Of a stretch of 57,483 nt of DNA, positions 46,173-55,060 are shown one piece after another. The DNA lies in contig CAYQPR010000003.1 in the NCBI GenBank assembly GCA_964419925.1, positions 1 to 57,483 of the forward strand, written 5' to 3'. How positions within the stretch are numbered: the stretch's first letter is position 1; each line of letters begins with the position of its first letter. Origin of the DNA: Candidatus Woesearchaeota archaeon (GTDB taxonomy: Archaea; Nanobdellota; Nanobdellia; SCGC-AAA011-G17; GW2011-AR20). Made by a program: the position numbers and the translations under genes. The notes under the pieces were generated by a model that searched no databases, was not told where the DNA came from, and saw nothing but the letters and a program-made list of their open reading frames with translations.

Positions 46173-47267
46173 ATGAGAATATTAATGGTTACAAGACCAA
46201 TTGGAGAACCTTGGAATGAAGGCGGAAAAAACCTTGCTTATAATCTAGCTAGGAATATAAAGAACAATGAGATTAATTTATTAGCAAAAAGTAATTTTAA
46301 TGTTAAAATAAGAAATATTCATTTAGAAAAAATATTCTCATCTTCAAATGAAAGAAAAATTAATTTTTTCGATAAAATAAGACTCTTAATTCGATTAGTT
46401 TCTAGTGATAACTTGGAAGTTTATCATTTTGTTTTCACACCGGAATTATATTCTTCTTTATTAGCAAAGTTTATATTAAAATCGAAGAATAAAAAAAGTA
46501 TTCAAACAATCCCAACATTAATAAGAAATAAGAAGTTTATAAAGAGTTTAATTTTCGCAAATAAAATTGTTGTTTTATCAGATTATACAAAGAATTTTTT
46601 AATTGATAGGAGTTTCAATAATATTATAAAAATAAATCCAGGAATAGATACTAATCTCTTCAAACCAAGGAAGAAAAATTTAGAGTTAATAAATAAATTA
46701 AAAATAAAGGATAGATTTGTGGTTTTGATTCCAGGAGAATTAGAGGCAAAAAGAGGAACTCGGTTTATGATAAAATCAATTATAAATCTGCAGAATTCAA
46801 AGGGTTTATTTTTTATTTTCTCTTATAGAAAAAGTGAGAATAATGATCATTTAGGAGAGAGAAAATTTATTACATCTGCTTTAAAAAAATATAAAATAGA
46901 AAATTTTACTTTTTTAGAAAATTTTAGTAATATTAGGGAATTAATTAATGTATCTGATATTATGGTATATCCAACTTTAGATATGAATGAAAAACAGGAA
47001 ATTCCAATGATCTTGCTAGAAGCTTTGGCAATGCAAAAACCCATAATAATAACTGATATGCCTCCGCTAAATGAAATCTTAAAATCTAATTGTGGAATAA
47101 AGGTAGAAAAAAATGATTATAATCAACTTTCTGAAGCAATCTTATATTTTAAGGATAATAAAAAAATGAGACTAAATATGGGTAAAATCGGTAGAAAAAT
47201 GGTTTTAGAACAATTTAATATAATCCGTATAGCGAAAGAATATGACGAGTTATATTTACAATTATAA
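46173..47267 (+). CDS. GT-B glycosyltransferase (GT4-like)
   Basis: 364 aa. MRILMVTRPIGEPWNEGGKNLAYNLA... N-terminus. C-terminal donor-binding region QEIPMILLEALAMQKPIIITD. Confidence 0.75.
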   Translation: MRILMVTRPIGEPWNEGGKNLAYNLARNIKNNEINLLAKSNFNVKIRNIHLEKIFSSSNERKINFFDKIRLLIRLVSSDNLEVYHFVFTPELYSSLLAKFILKSKNKKSIQTIPTLIRNKKFIKSLIFANKIVVLSDYTKNFLIDRSFNNIIKINPGIDTNLFKPRKKNLELINKLKIKDRFVVLIPGELEAKRGTRFMIKSIINLQNSKGLFFIFSYRKSENNDHLGERKFITSALKKYKIENFTFLENFSNIRELINVSDIMVYPTLDMNEKQEIPMILLEALAMQKPIIITDMPPLNEILKSNCGIKVEKNDYNQLSEAILYFKDNKKMRLNMGKIGRKMVLEQFNIIRIAKEYDELYLQL

Positions 47268-47301
47268 AAACCCTTTTAAATTTATTTAAAAAGGTTAGTT
47301 T

Positions 47302-49065
47302 ATGAAAAAAAGTTTAAAATTTTTAATTATATTTTATGTAATCTTGGTTTTGATTAAAGTTTTATTAATCACATTGGTGCCAATGTCGACTGCTTTTTCT
47401 GATGATTATCAATATTTAAAGATGAGTCGAAGTTTTTTCTTCGAACACAATTTTAATGTCCATGGTATAGATAATATACAATTCCAGCCATTATACCCTA
47501 TGCTAATATCAATTTCTTATATATTTAAAGATTCGTTATATGTATATCTTTTAATAAAGTTAATTAATGTATTGTTATCGTCATTAATTATTTTTCCGGC
47601 TTATCTTTTAGCAAAAGAATTTTTATCTGAAAGGAAATCAAAAGTATTGGGGTTAATTGTGGCCTTATTACCTTTTGGTTTTAGTTATAATTCTTATATA
47701 TTAACTGAAAATTTATTTTATCCTCTGTTTTTATTTTCAATTTATTTTATTTATAAATGCCTAGTTTATAACAAGAAGCAGGATATAATACTTGCCGGAT
47801 TATTTGTTGGATTAACATTACTGACAAGGATACATGGATTAATTTTATTAGGAACCTTGGGGGCCTTATTTATCTTTGATTTGTTTAAGAAAAAGGTTAA
47901 TTACAAATTAATTTTAATAATATTGGTTGCAATTATTTTATATTCTCCATGGTTAACCAGAAACTTAATTATTCTTAATTCTTTATCAAGTGTTTATTCT
48001 GAAAACCTTTATGTTCTAGAAGCAAGCAATATTGTCTCAAGAGGGCAAGTATTCCATTCCATTTATCCTTTGGTGGTGTGGTTAATAACTTATGTTGGAG
48101 CACTAGTTTTATCCTCATTAGTAATATTTCCTTTATTTTTATTTTACAAATCTAAAAATGATAAATTAAATAAGTTCAAAATATTAAGTTTTACAAGTAT
48201 AATTGTAACATTATTAATTGCGGTTAATCATCATCTTCGAGGTGAAAAATATTTCTATAAATTAAATGATTGGATATTCTTTTCTGGAAAATTGATAGGG
48301 AGATATATTGATTTTCTTATTCCCCTAGTCCTAATTATAGGTTTTATTGGTTTAATTAATTATAAAAATAAGTTGAATAAATATAACGAAAAATTATTTA
48401 ATATACCTATTTTATTGATTGTAATAATCTCTTCCATACATTTTATTTCAAGATCATTATTTTTGCCGAATAATCCATCTTTAACTTGGATTGGAATGAT
48501 AAAACAAATTATAGATTCTGTTTTTTACTCAAAAAGTTTGTTCTCTGTAGATAATGCGGCAATACCTATTGCAAGTATAGCTTCTTTGATAACTATTCCA
48601 TTATTATTAACCTTAATTATAATTCTTATTGCAAAATTTTTAATTAAATTAAAATTAAATAAAATTTTAGTTATGATTGTATTATTCTTATTATCTGTAA
48701 ATCTAATTAATGTTGGTATAAGTAGCTATAATGCTAAAACGTGGTACGAAACACCACAAGTTCAATTATCCTTATGGCTCAACGATTATGATAAGGATAA
48801 AATTTCTAACATATTGATAGACGAGAGAGATTTTGGAGATTTAAAAAAAGATAATCAAATAATGCTATATGTTAATGCAGAGAAAAGCAGGTATACCATC
48901 ATAGGGCATTGGTTAAATGATGATATAATAATAGATAATGTTGGTAATTTAGATAATTTAGGTAACATAGATTATATAATCTCAAGAGATAAAAATTTAG
49001 GTTTTAGTATGATAAATCAAAGTGAAAATGGAATTTATATCTATAAAGTTAACCAACTATATTGA
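47302..49065 (+). CDS. GT-C fold glycosyltransferase (GT39/PMT/ArnT-like)
   Basis: 587 aa. First extracytoplasmic loop has the acidic motif AFSDDYQY. At least 12 TM helices and a C-terminal soluble domain of about 110 aa. Confidence 0.65.
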   Translation: MKKSLKFLIIFYVILVLIKVLLITLVPMSTAFSDDYQYLKMSRSFFFEHNFNVHGIDNIQFQPLYPMLISISYIFKDSLYVYLLIKLINVLLSSLIIFPAYLLAKEFLSERKSKVLGLIVALLPFGFSYNSYILTENLFYPLFLFSIYFIYKCLVYNKKQDIILAGLFVGLTLLTRIHGLILLGTLGALFIFDLFKKKVNYKLILIILVAIILYSPWLTRNLIILNSLSSVYSENLYVLEASNIVSRGQVFHSIYPLVVWLITYVGALVLSSLVIFPLFLFYKSKNDKLNKFKILSFTSIIVTLLIAVNHHLRGEKYFYKLNDWIFFSGKLIGRYIDFLIPLVLIIGFIGLINYKNKLNKYNEKLFNIPILLIVIISSIHFISRSLFLPNNPSLTWIGMIKQIIDSVFYSKSLFSVDNAAIPIASIASLITIPLLLTLIIILIAKFLIKLKLNKILVMIVLFLLSVNLINVGISSYNAKTWYETPQVQLSLWLNDYDKDKISNILIDERDFGDLKKDNQIMLYVNAEKSRYTIIGHWLNDDIIIDNVGNLDNLGNIDYIISRDKNLGFSMINQSENGIYIYKVNQLY

Positions 49066-49068
49066 GTA

Positions 49069-50073
49069 TTATTTAGAAAATTCCCTTTTCTTTTGTAAAT
49101 AGAGGGTCTCCTCGTTTACTTTTCTATTAGCACCTATCGTATCAGCTATAAATGCTAAAACAATTATTTGAAATCCTATAATCAATAAAACGGCAGCTAA
49201 GATTAAAGATTGAACATGCCCTTTATCCCCTAAATAAAAAAAGTATAAAAACCTTAGTCCCAGCAAGATTCCTAAGATTATTGGAAATAAAGATATTGTT
49301 AGTAATGCTTTTAATGGTTTATATTGAACAAAACTTTTTATAATTGTTAAACCTGCTTTTTTAGCATAACTAAATAAATTGGGTATTAATCTACTTTTAC
49401 CCTCTCTTTTCCTGAATTCGCATGGAATCTGAACAATTCTTAATTTTTTATCAACAGCTTGTATAATTGTTTCTTGAACATATGTATAATCTGACAAAAT
49501 ATTTAACCTTAAAGCTGATTCTCTTGAAAATGCTCTAAATCCACTTTGTGCGTCCCTTACAGGATAACCTGAAACAAATCTTGTGACTAAAGTTGAAATT
49601 GTATTCCCATATCTTTTACTAAAGGGCATATGATTTAAATTTAAAACTTGTCTATCTGTCAAAACAATATCTGCTTTATTATCTAGAATTGGTTGAATCA
49701 ATTTTGGAATTTCTCTTGAATTATATTGAAAATCAGCATCTATGTTTACGATAATATCTGCTTTCAATTTTAAACATTCTTCTAATCCTTTTTTAAAACT
49801 TTGAGCTAATCCTAAGTTCTTTTTATTTTTTATAACATTTACTTTAAAATTTTTTGCAATTTCAAAGGTATTATCTTTGCTTCCATCATCTATAACTAAA
49901 ATTTTATATTCTTTAGAAGTTCCTTTTATTTCATCGATTACCTTAGCAATATTTTTTTCTTCATTATATGCTGGAATCATTACAAATATTTTATTGTTCA
50001 TGGTATTAGATAAGACTAAGAAAGGTTTTTTAAGCTTTTTATATTCATTTAATTGAGTTGACTCTTTAACCAT
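49069..50073 (-). CDS. Membrane-anchored GT2 polyprenyl-phosphate sugar synthase (GtrB/ArnC/DPM1-like)
   Basis: 334 aa. FVMIPAYNEEKNI and VIDDGSKDNT, plus two C-terminal TM helices. An alternative start at ATG 50001 is possible. Confidence 0.85.
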   Translation of the reverse strand: MVKESTQLNEYKKLKKPFLVLSNTMNNKIFVMIPAYNEEKNIAKVIDEIKGTSKEYKILVIDDGSKDNTFEIAKNFKVNVIKNKKNLGLAQSFKKGLEECLKLKADIIVNIDADFQYNSREIPKLIQPILDNKADIVLTDRQVLNLNHMPFSKRYGNTISTLVTRFVSGYPVRDAQSGFRAFSRESALRLNILSDYTYVQETIIQAVDKKLRIVQIPCEFRKREGKSRLIPNLFSYAKKAGLTIIKSFVQYKPLKALLTISLFPIILGILLGLRFLYFFYLGDKGHVQSLILAAVLLIIGFQIIVLAFIADTIGANRKVNEETLYLQKKREFSK

Positions 50074-50438
50074 TCTTTAATATTGATAATAGACTGCATT
50101 GTTATTGCACCCAAAAAATCAATTGCTACATCAAAAACACTTGAAACTCTTCCCGGAACATAAAATTGATGTATTTCGTCCGTGATAGCATATAAAACCG
50201 TAAACAAAATTGATAATGTTTGTGGATTTTTACCTGTTGTTTTTAGTGCCCTATAAAACAAAAAGTTTAGAATTGCAAACTGAATTGTGTGATAAATAAA
50301 TGTATTAAAATCAAAATAAGGTTGTAAGTTATTTGGAACTATTGAATTTATTGGATTTGGTAACGAAGAAAAATAATAAATTATGAAGGCATATAATAAT
50401 ACCGGCAACCAATATTTTATAAAATTATTAATTTTCAT
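50049..50438 (-). CDS. VanZ-like small membrane protein
   Basis: 129 aa, four hydrophobic helices. A conserved DEIHQ-like motif (TDEIHQFYVPGR) is typical of the VanZ family. Confidence 0.55.
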   Translation of the reverse strand: MKINNFIKYWLPVLLYAFIIYYFSSLPNPINSIVPNNLQPYFDFNTFIYHTIQFAILNFLFYRALKTTGKNPQTLSILFTVLYAITDEIHQFYVPGRVSSVFDVAIDFLGAITMQSIINIKEWLKSQLN

Positions 50439-50967
50439 TTATTACCTCTAATTCAATAATTAATTCTGCACAAGGTAAAATCCAGCAAAATAGTCTTTCA
50501 TAAATTAGAGGGGATGAATTTATTATTGGATTAAAAATCTTGTTTAGAAAGGTAAAATTTTCCCTTGTAAAATTCAGTTTTCTTTTAACAATTTTAAATT
50601 TTGAAAGTGTATAAAAACATTCATCTGTAAAATAATCAAATGTAAAATAAGAAAATAACCTTAGATGGGTTGGGTCGCGATAGCTTACCCCGCAAGAAAA
50701 ATGAGGGACCCTAATTATTAACCTGCCTTTATTTTTTGTAATCCTTATTAATTCTTGAAGGATATTATCTAAGTTGTTTAAATGTTCTAAAACGTGGCTA
50801 GTGTATATTAAATCAAATTCATTCTTTTTAAATGGATATGGGGTTATGTTCAAGTCCCAAACAATATCAACATTAATTAATTTAACTTTATCGATTCCAA
50901 TAACTAAGTCAGATTCGTTTCTAGGTTTAAGCTTTTTATTACCACATCCTAAATCTAAGATCTTCAT
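50428..50967 (-). CDS. Class I SAM-dependent methyltransferase
   Basis: 179 aa. Motif I MKILDLGCGNKK. SHVLEHL motif of the Methyltransf_11 type. Confidence 0.75.
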   Translation of the reverse strand: MKILDLGCGNKKLKPRNESDLVIGIDKVKLINVDIVWDLNITPYPFKKNEFDLIYTSHVLEHLNNLDNILQELIRITKNKGRLIIRVPHFSCGVSYRDPTHLRLFSYFTFDYFTDECFYTLSKFKIVKRKLNFTRENFTFLNKIFNPIINSSPLIYERLFCWILPCAELIIELEVINEN

Positions 50968-51065
50968 TTTATTAAATACTCCACATATTTTGATATTACC
51001 AACCTATTGACCCCTGCACCGATAATTGTTAAGTTAGCATCCATATAAGAAAAAAAGTCGAAAGG

Positions 51066-51073
51066 TTTATAAA
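51066..51073 (+). promoter_or_regulatory. TATA box (TTTATAAA) of the surface-protein gene
   Basis: Perfect TTTATAAA 68 nt upstream of ATG 51141. Implies a leader of about 40 nt carrying GGAGG. Confidence 0.5.
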
Positions 51074-51124
51074 CTTGTTAATTTTGTAAATTTTAGGTGA
51101 TTGCGATAGTTCATAATAATAAAA

Positions 51125-51129
51125 AGGAG
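51125..51129 (+). promoter_or_regulatory. Shine-Dalgarno sequence (GGAGG, within AAGGAGGGG)
   Basis: 11 nt upstream of ATG 51141. One of very few strong SD sites in the window. Confidence 0.6.
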
Positions 51130-51140
51130 GGGAATTTATA

Positions 51141-53102
51141 ATGGTATTTGATAAAAAAAGAGTTTTCTTATATAGTTCAATTTTAGTTTTATTGTTAATT
51201 GGTGTTTATTTTGCAAATGGTATTGCGTTTATTAGTAGAACTCCAATGTTTTCAACTGGTTTTATTGCTACAACGAATAGTACGGCTACTGCGTTGGGGC
51301 ATGATGGTGTAAATTACACTGAACAGGCAAATTGGACAAAGGGTGGACAAAATGAATTGATTAATTTTACTTTAACAATGACAAGTGATGCTATGAATAT
51401 AAGCTATATTAATATTACAATGCCTTTGGGTTATCAAAATATTACAACTGGTTTTGTGACAAATACAAGTAATCAGTTTGGTCAAAATGGAAAAAATTGG
51501 ACATTAGTCAATCTTAACTCTTTTGGTTTAAATGGCATAGTATCATTCAAGGCGGTTAATGCGAGTTCGGCCGGTGGGATTGCAGGTAGTACTAATGGTA
51601 GTGGTAATGGTAATTTAAGCTCTGGTATGAATATAAGTTTATGGTTTAATGCCATTGCGATAAACAGTACAGAAACTGTTTATAATTGGACATTTATAGT
51701 TGGAAATTCATCAACATCAGATAATGGATTTGGAACATCATTGGGTGTAGATGGTTTAGCCCCAAGACTTAATACTACTTTAGGACATAATGCAACTGAT
51801 GGTACAAATACTAAAACTACATTAACTTCAACCCAATATCTTCAATCTAATCCAACAAGTGATGGTCAAGGAATTAATATTACAGTAACTTTCAATGATT
51901 ATAATATAGACAGAGTACTATTGGTTTACAACAGCACTGGTGGAAATTTAAATTTAACGCTTATAAGAAACTCTTTACATCAAGTTAATTTTACAAGAGG
52001 ACAGGCATTTAATTTAAGTGGAGAAAACGTTACATTTAATGTGTTAGAATTCTATCAAGGTGCAAAAACTAATACTACTACATTATTAACAAGAGGATCA
52101 TTTGATTCTGACTTCCCTCCAGCATATACATTTAGCTTTAATATATCTAATAATACCTGGAGTAGTAACACAACAAGTGATGGTCAGAAATTCAAGTATG
52201 TATTTGTAGTTCATGACTTATTTAATAATTCGGAGATTATAAATAACTCAAATGCAGAGTTTATAATTGGGAGAGATCAAAATAATCCAAGCGTAACATT
52301 GACTGCACCAACAGATACTACGATAGATGTTTACGCTTCAATAAAATACACCTGTGATGGAGCTGATACAAGTGGGCTTGCTTCGTGTACAACTACATTA
52401 ACAAAACCAAATGGAGACACAGTTACAAAAACAGGATGTAGCAATGAACAAACGTTTACAACAACAGAAACAAATGGTGTAGGAACAAACACTGTAAAAT
52501 GTGAAGTAAAAGATAATGTTGGAAGGACTGCTTCAACTTCAGGAACATTTACGGTATCTGCCTCAACAGGTATAGGAAGTGGAGGTAGTGGAGGAGGAGA
52601 CTCTGGTGGTGGAAGTGGAGGTAGTGGATCTAGTGCAGATAATCCGGTTATAGTAAGTGAAGGAGTAACTACCGAATTAGGAACTTTAACAACAGCAGAT
52701 ACCTATACGAACATTGCAGAATCTGGAACATTAAGCTTTACAGCTTTAGGTGAAACACATACTGCTAAGGTATTAACAATAACATCAGATAGCGTAACCG
52801 TTGAAATTAGTTCAACTCCAAAACAAATCACATTAAACGTTGGAGATACAAAAGAAGTAGATGTTAATGACAATGGAAAAAGTGATTTGAGTGTAACCTT
52901 GAAATCTATATCAAATGCGAAAGCAGATTTAGTATTTAAGGTTATAGAAGAAAACGTTGAAACTGGCGGAGGAGATACTGGTGGAAGCGGTGAAGAAGAG
53001 ATAACTGGAGAACCTACAGAATCAAGTTCGACTTGGTTATGGATCTTACTAGTGGTTGTAGTGGTTGTATTACTAGTATGGTACTTTAGTAAGAAAAAGT
53101 AA
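51141..53102 (+). CDS. Secreted, C-terminally membrane-anchored surface glycoprotein (S-layer-like)
   Basis: 653 aa. N-terminal signal/TM (LYSSILVLLLIGVYFANG). About 30 N-x-S/T sequons in the first ~370 aa. A 4-Cys Ig-like segment, a GS-rich linker, a C-terminal beta-rich module, then TM plus basic tail (WLWILLVVVVVVLLVWYFSKKK). Strong TATA and GGAGG upstream. Confidence 0.7.
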   Translation: MVFDKKRVFLYSSILVLLLIGVYFANGIAFISRTPMFSTGFIATTNSTATALGHDGVNYTEQANWTKGGQNELINFTLTMTSDAMNISYINITMPLGYQNITTGFVTNTSNQFGQNGKNWTLVNLNSFGLNGIVSFKAVNASSAGGIAGSTNGSGNGNLSSGMNISLWFNAIAINSTETVYNWTFIVGNSSTSDNGFGTSLGVDGLAPRLNTTLGHNATDGTNTKTTLTSTQYLQSNPTSDGQGINITVTFNDYNIDRVLLVYNSTGGNLNLTLIRNSLHQVNFTRGQAFNLSGENVTFNVLEFYQGAKTNTTTLLTRGSFDSDFPPAYTFSFNISNNTWSSNTTSDGQKFKYVFVVHDLFNNSEIINNSNAEFIIGRDQNNPSVTLTAPTDTTIDVYASIKYTCDGADTSGLASCTTTLTKPNGDTVTKTGCSNEQTFTTTETNGVGTNTVKCEVKDNVGRTASTSGTFTVSASTGIGSGGSGGGDSGGGSGGSGSSADNPVIVSEGVTTELGTLTTADTYTNIAESGTLSFTALGETHTAKVLTITSDSVTVEISSTPKQITLNVGDTKEVDVNDNGKSDLSVTLKSISNAKADLVFKVIEENVETGGGDTGGSGEEEITGEPTESSSTWLWILLVVVVVVLLVWYFSKKK

Positions 53103-53120
53103 AGCGAAAGATTCATAAAT

Positions 53121-53140
53121 CTTTTTTCTTTTTTTATTTT
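53121..53140 (+). terminator. Oligo-T tract (CTTTTTTCTTTTTTTATTTT), candidate archaeal-type terminator/attenuator after the surface-protein gene
   Basis: Starts 19 nt after the stop at 53102 and ends at the next ATG. Runs of 6, 7 and 4 T. Confidence 0.4.
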
Positions 53141-53644
53141 ATGAAAAAAATAATTTTGTTGGTAATTGTTTTAGTTTTAATTGGTTCTGTCTATGGTGCT
53201 CAAGGTTTGATCACTAAAACTAATTTTTTAAAAGAGCCGATTCAAGCGTATATATTAAATGACGATGATGGTATTTCTTTCCAGTTTAATGAAAAAGAGT
53301 ATGTAATAAGTATAGATGAAATTGGAAAAAATACTGCGAGAATAAAATCTTTTATCTATAAAGAGAATGGTGAAAGGGAAACATTTTATATTCCTCTGGA
53401 TAAAAAACTTTCTTATAAGTTCGATTTTGATAAAGATGGTTTTAATGAGTTGAAAGTTAGCTTATCAGAAGTCAATAATAAAACGGCAGTTATATTGTTT
53501 GAAAAAATCAATGAGAAAAAAGAACTAGTTAAAGAAGAGCCGAAAAAAGATTCAAGTAACTTATTAGACATCAAGGGAATAATTATAACTTCAGGGATAA
53601 TTATCTTTGGTTTAATGATTTATTTTATTTTTAGAAAGAAATAA
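53141..53644 (+). CDS. Small secreted, C-terminally anchored protein sharing a module with the upstream surface protein
   Basis: 167 aa. Signal peptide (LVLIGSVYGAQG). Module ...FDFDKDGFNELKVSLSEVNNKTAVILFEKI resembles VDVNDNGKSDLSVTLKSISNAKADLVFKVI. C-terminal TM plus RKK. Confidence 0.5.
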   Translation: MKKIILLVIVLVLIGSVYGAQGLITKTNFLKEPIQAYILNDDDGISFQFNEKEYVISIDEIGKNTARIKSFIYKENGERETFYIPLDKKLSYKFDFDKDGFNELKVSLSEVNNKTAVILFEKINEKKELVKEEPKKDSSNLLDIKGIIITSGIIIFGLMIYFIFRKK

Positions 53645-54343
53645 TTATTTCTTTATTTCATTCCATTGATAATGTCTATTTAAAATTAGATGTTTGCATT
53701 TTACACTTGTATCGCAATAAATTGGAATATTTTTTTTATATAAATCAATTCCAAAAAACCTATCATCAAAAACATCATTTTCATATCTAAATTCTATTTG
53801 TTCCAATATATCTTTATGGATTAAAACACAACCTAAACCGCAAGAAACAATTTTTATTATTTTATTACTTTCGAATTCTTCTTCATTCAACCAACGCATA
53901 TCAGGAAGATTATTTTTTTTATTTTCTAATTCGATAAAAGCTTGTGGGATTAACATCCGTTTTCCGTTCATAACATTATGAACAAAATATACACCTGAAA
54001 TTACATCTCTTTTATGATTAGTTAGTTTTGATAAAACATCTGGATTAGGGATAACATCTTGTTCTAAACTCAATAAGTAGTCATAATTATTATCTAAAGC
54101 ATATTTCCTTAATAGATTTCTACTCACAATTATCCTTTGCATTGCACCATCAAAATAGGGTCCTTTAATTGCGTTTAAACCGTATTCCTTAATCTTACTA
54201 AGGTAAACATCATCTTGAGAATTATCTACCAATAAAACATCATAATTATCATAATTTAATAACTTAACCGATTCAGAATATTCTTTAAGTGCATATTCCT
54301 TATGAAACGAGGTTGGACAACCAACCAAAACTTTTGGATTCAT
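53645..54343 (-). CDS. GT-A-like glycosyltransferase (divergent GT2-like), tandem paralog
   Basis: 232 aa. VLLVDNSQDD and LSLEQDVIP (DxD-like). Paralog of the upstream gene. Its start abuts the upstream stop. Confidence 0.5.
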   Translation of the reverse strand: MNPKVLVGCPTSFHKEYALKEYSESVKLLNYDNYDVLLVDNSQDDVYLSKIKEYGLNAIKGPYFDGAMQRIIVSRNLLRKYALDNNYDYLLSLEQDVIPNPDVLSKLTNHKRDVISGVYFVHNVMNGKRMLIPQAFIELENKKNNLPDMRWLNEEEFESNKIIKIVSCGLGCVLIHKDILEQIEFRYENDVFDDRFFGIDLYKKNIPIYCDTSVKCKHLILNRHYQWNEIKK

Positions 54344-55060
54344 TTAAACCAATCCTTTAGCTTTTATTTGATGATAATCGAAAGGTCTTTTTAGATAAAG
54401 ATGTTTACATTTTACTTTAGGATCAAGGTAATAATTAAAACCTAAACGATGAAGGTCATATCCCAACCAACGATCATCCCAAGCCTCGATAGATTTATCA
54501 TATCTAAACTCTAATTCATTAAGAATTTTTTTGCTTAAAAGAATACAACCCATTCCCGCAAAAGCTATTTCAATTAAAGAATCGCTTGAGATTTCATTAT
54601 CATTTAAATAGTAAGTTGTGCCCCAAAATCCCTCTTTTTCAATAAACTTCCAAGCAAAAGGCATTATCCTATTTTCTCCATTTGGAATATTGTGATTTCC
54701 AAAAAACAATGCTGAAACCGCATCTTTTTTATGAAGAATTAATCTTTCAATTACATCTAATGGAGGAATAATATCCTGATCTAAGATTAATAAATAATCA
54801 AAATTATTTTTTAAAAAATATTCTCTTATTTTGTTATGGGATCCTGTAACCCTATCTCTCATTTTTTCAAAATAGGGTAACTTAAATACATTTATATTCA
54901 AAGATTTTATTCTCTCAAAAAAAATATCATCTTTAGAGTTATCAACAAATAAAATTTCATGATTAGAATAAGTTAAATTTTTTAAATTACCTATAAATTC
55001 ATCAAAACAGTATTCATAAAGATTACATACTGGCACTCCAACCAAAACTTTTGGATTCAT
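54344..55060 (-). CDS. GT-A-like glycosyltransferase (divergent GT2-like), tandem paralog
   Basis: 238 aa. ILFVDNSKDD and LILDQDIIP. Shares the N-terminus MNPKVLVG and the C-terminal VKCKHL motif with the downstream paralog. Confidence 0.5.
   Translation of the reverse strand: MNPKVLVGVPVCNLYEYCFDEFIGNLKNLTYSNHEILFVDNSKDDIFFERIKSLNINVFKLPYFEKMRDRVTGSHNKIREYFLKNNFDYLLILDQDIIPPLDVIERLILHKKDAVSALFFGNHNIPNGENRIMPFAWKFIEKEGFWGTTYYLNDNEISSDSLIEIAFAGMGCILLSKKILNELEFRYDKSIEAWDDRWLGYDLHRLGFNYYLDPKVKCKHLYLKRPFDYHQIKAKGLV

Noticed and set aside
52575-52628. An 18-nt direct repeat (ggaagtggaggtagtgga at 52575-52592 and 52611-52628) inside the surface-protein gene. I considered it as a tandem repeat or CRISPR-like signal.
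   Set aside because: There are only two copies, and they encode a Gly/Ser linker. There is no spacer/repeat periodicity. It is at most a slippage-prone linker.
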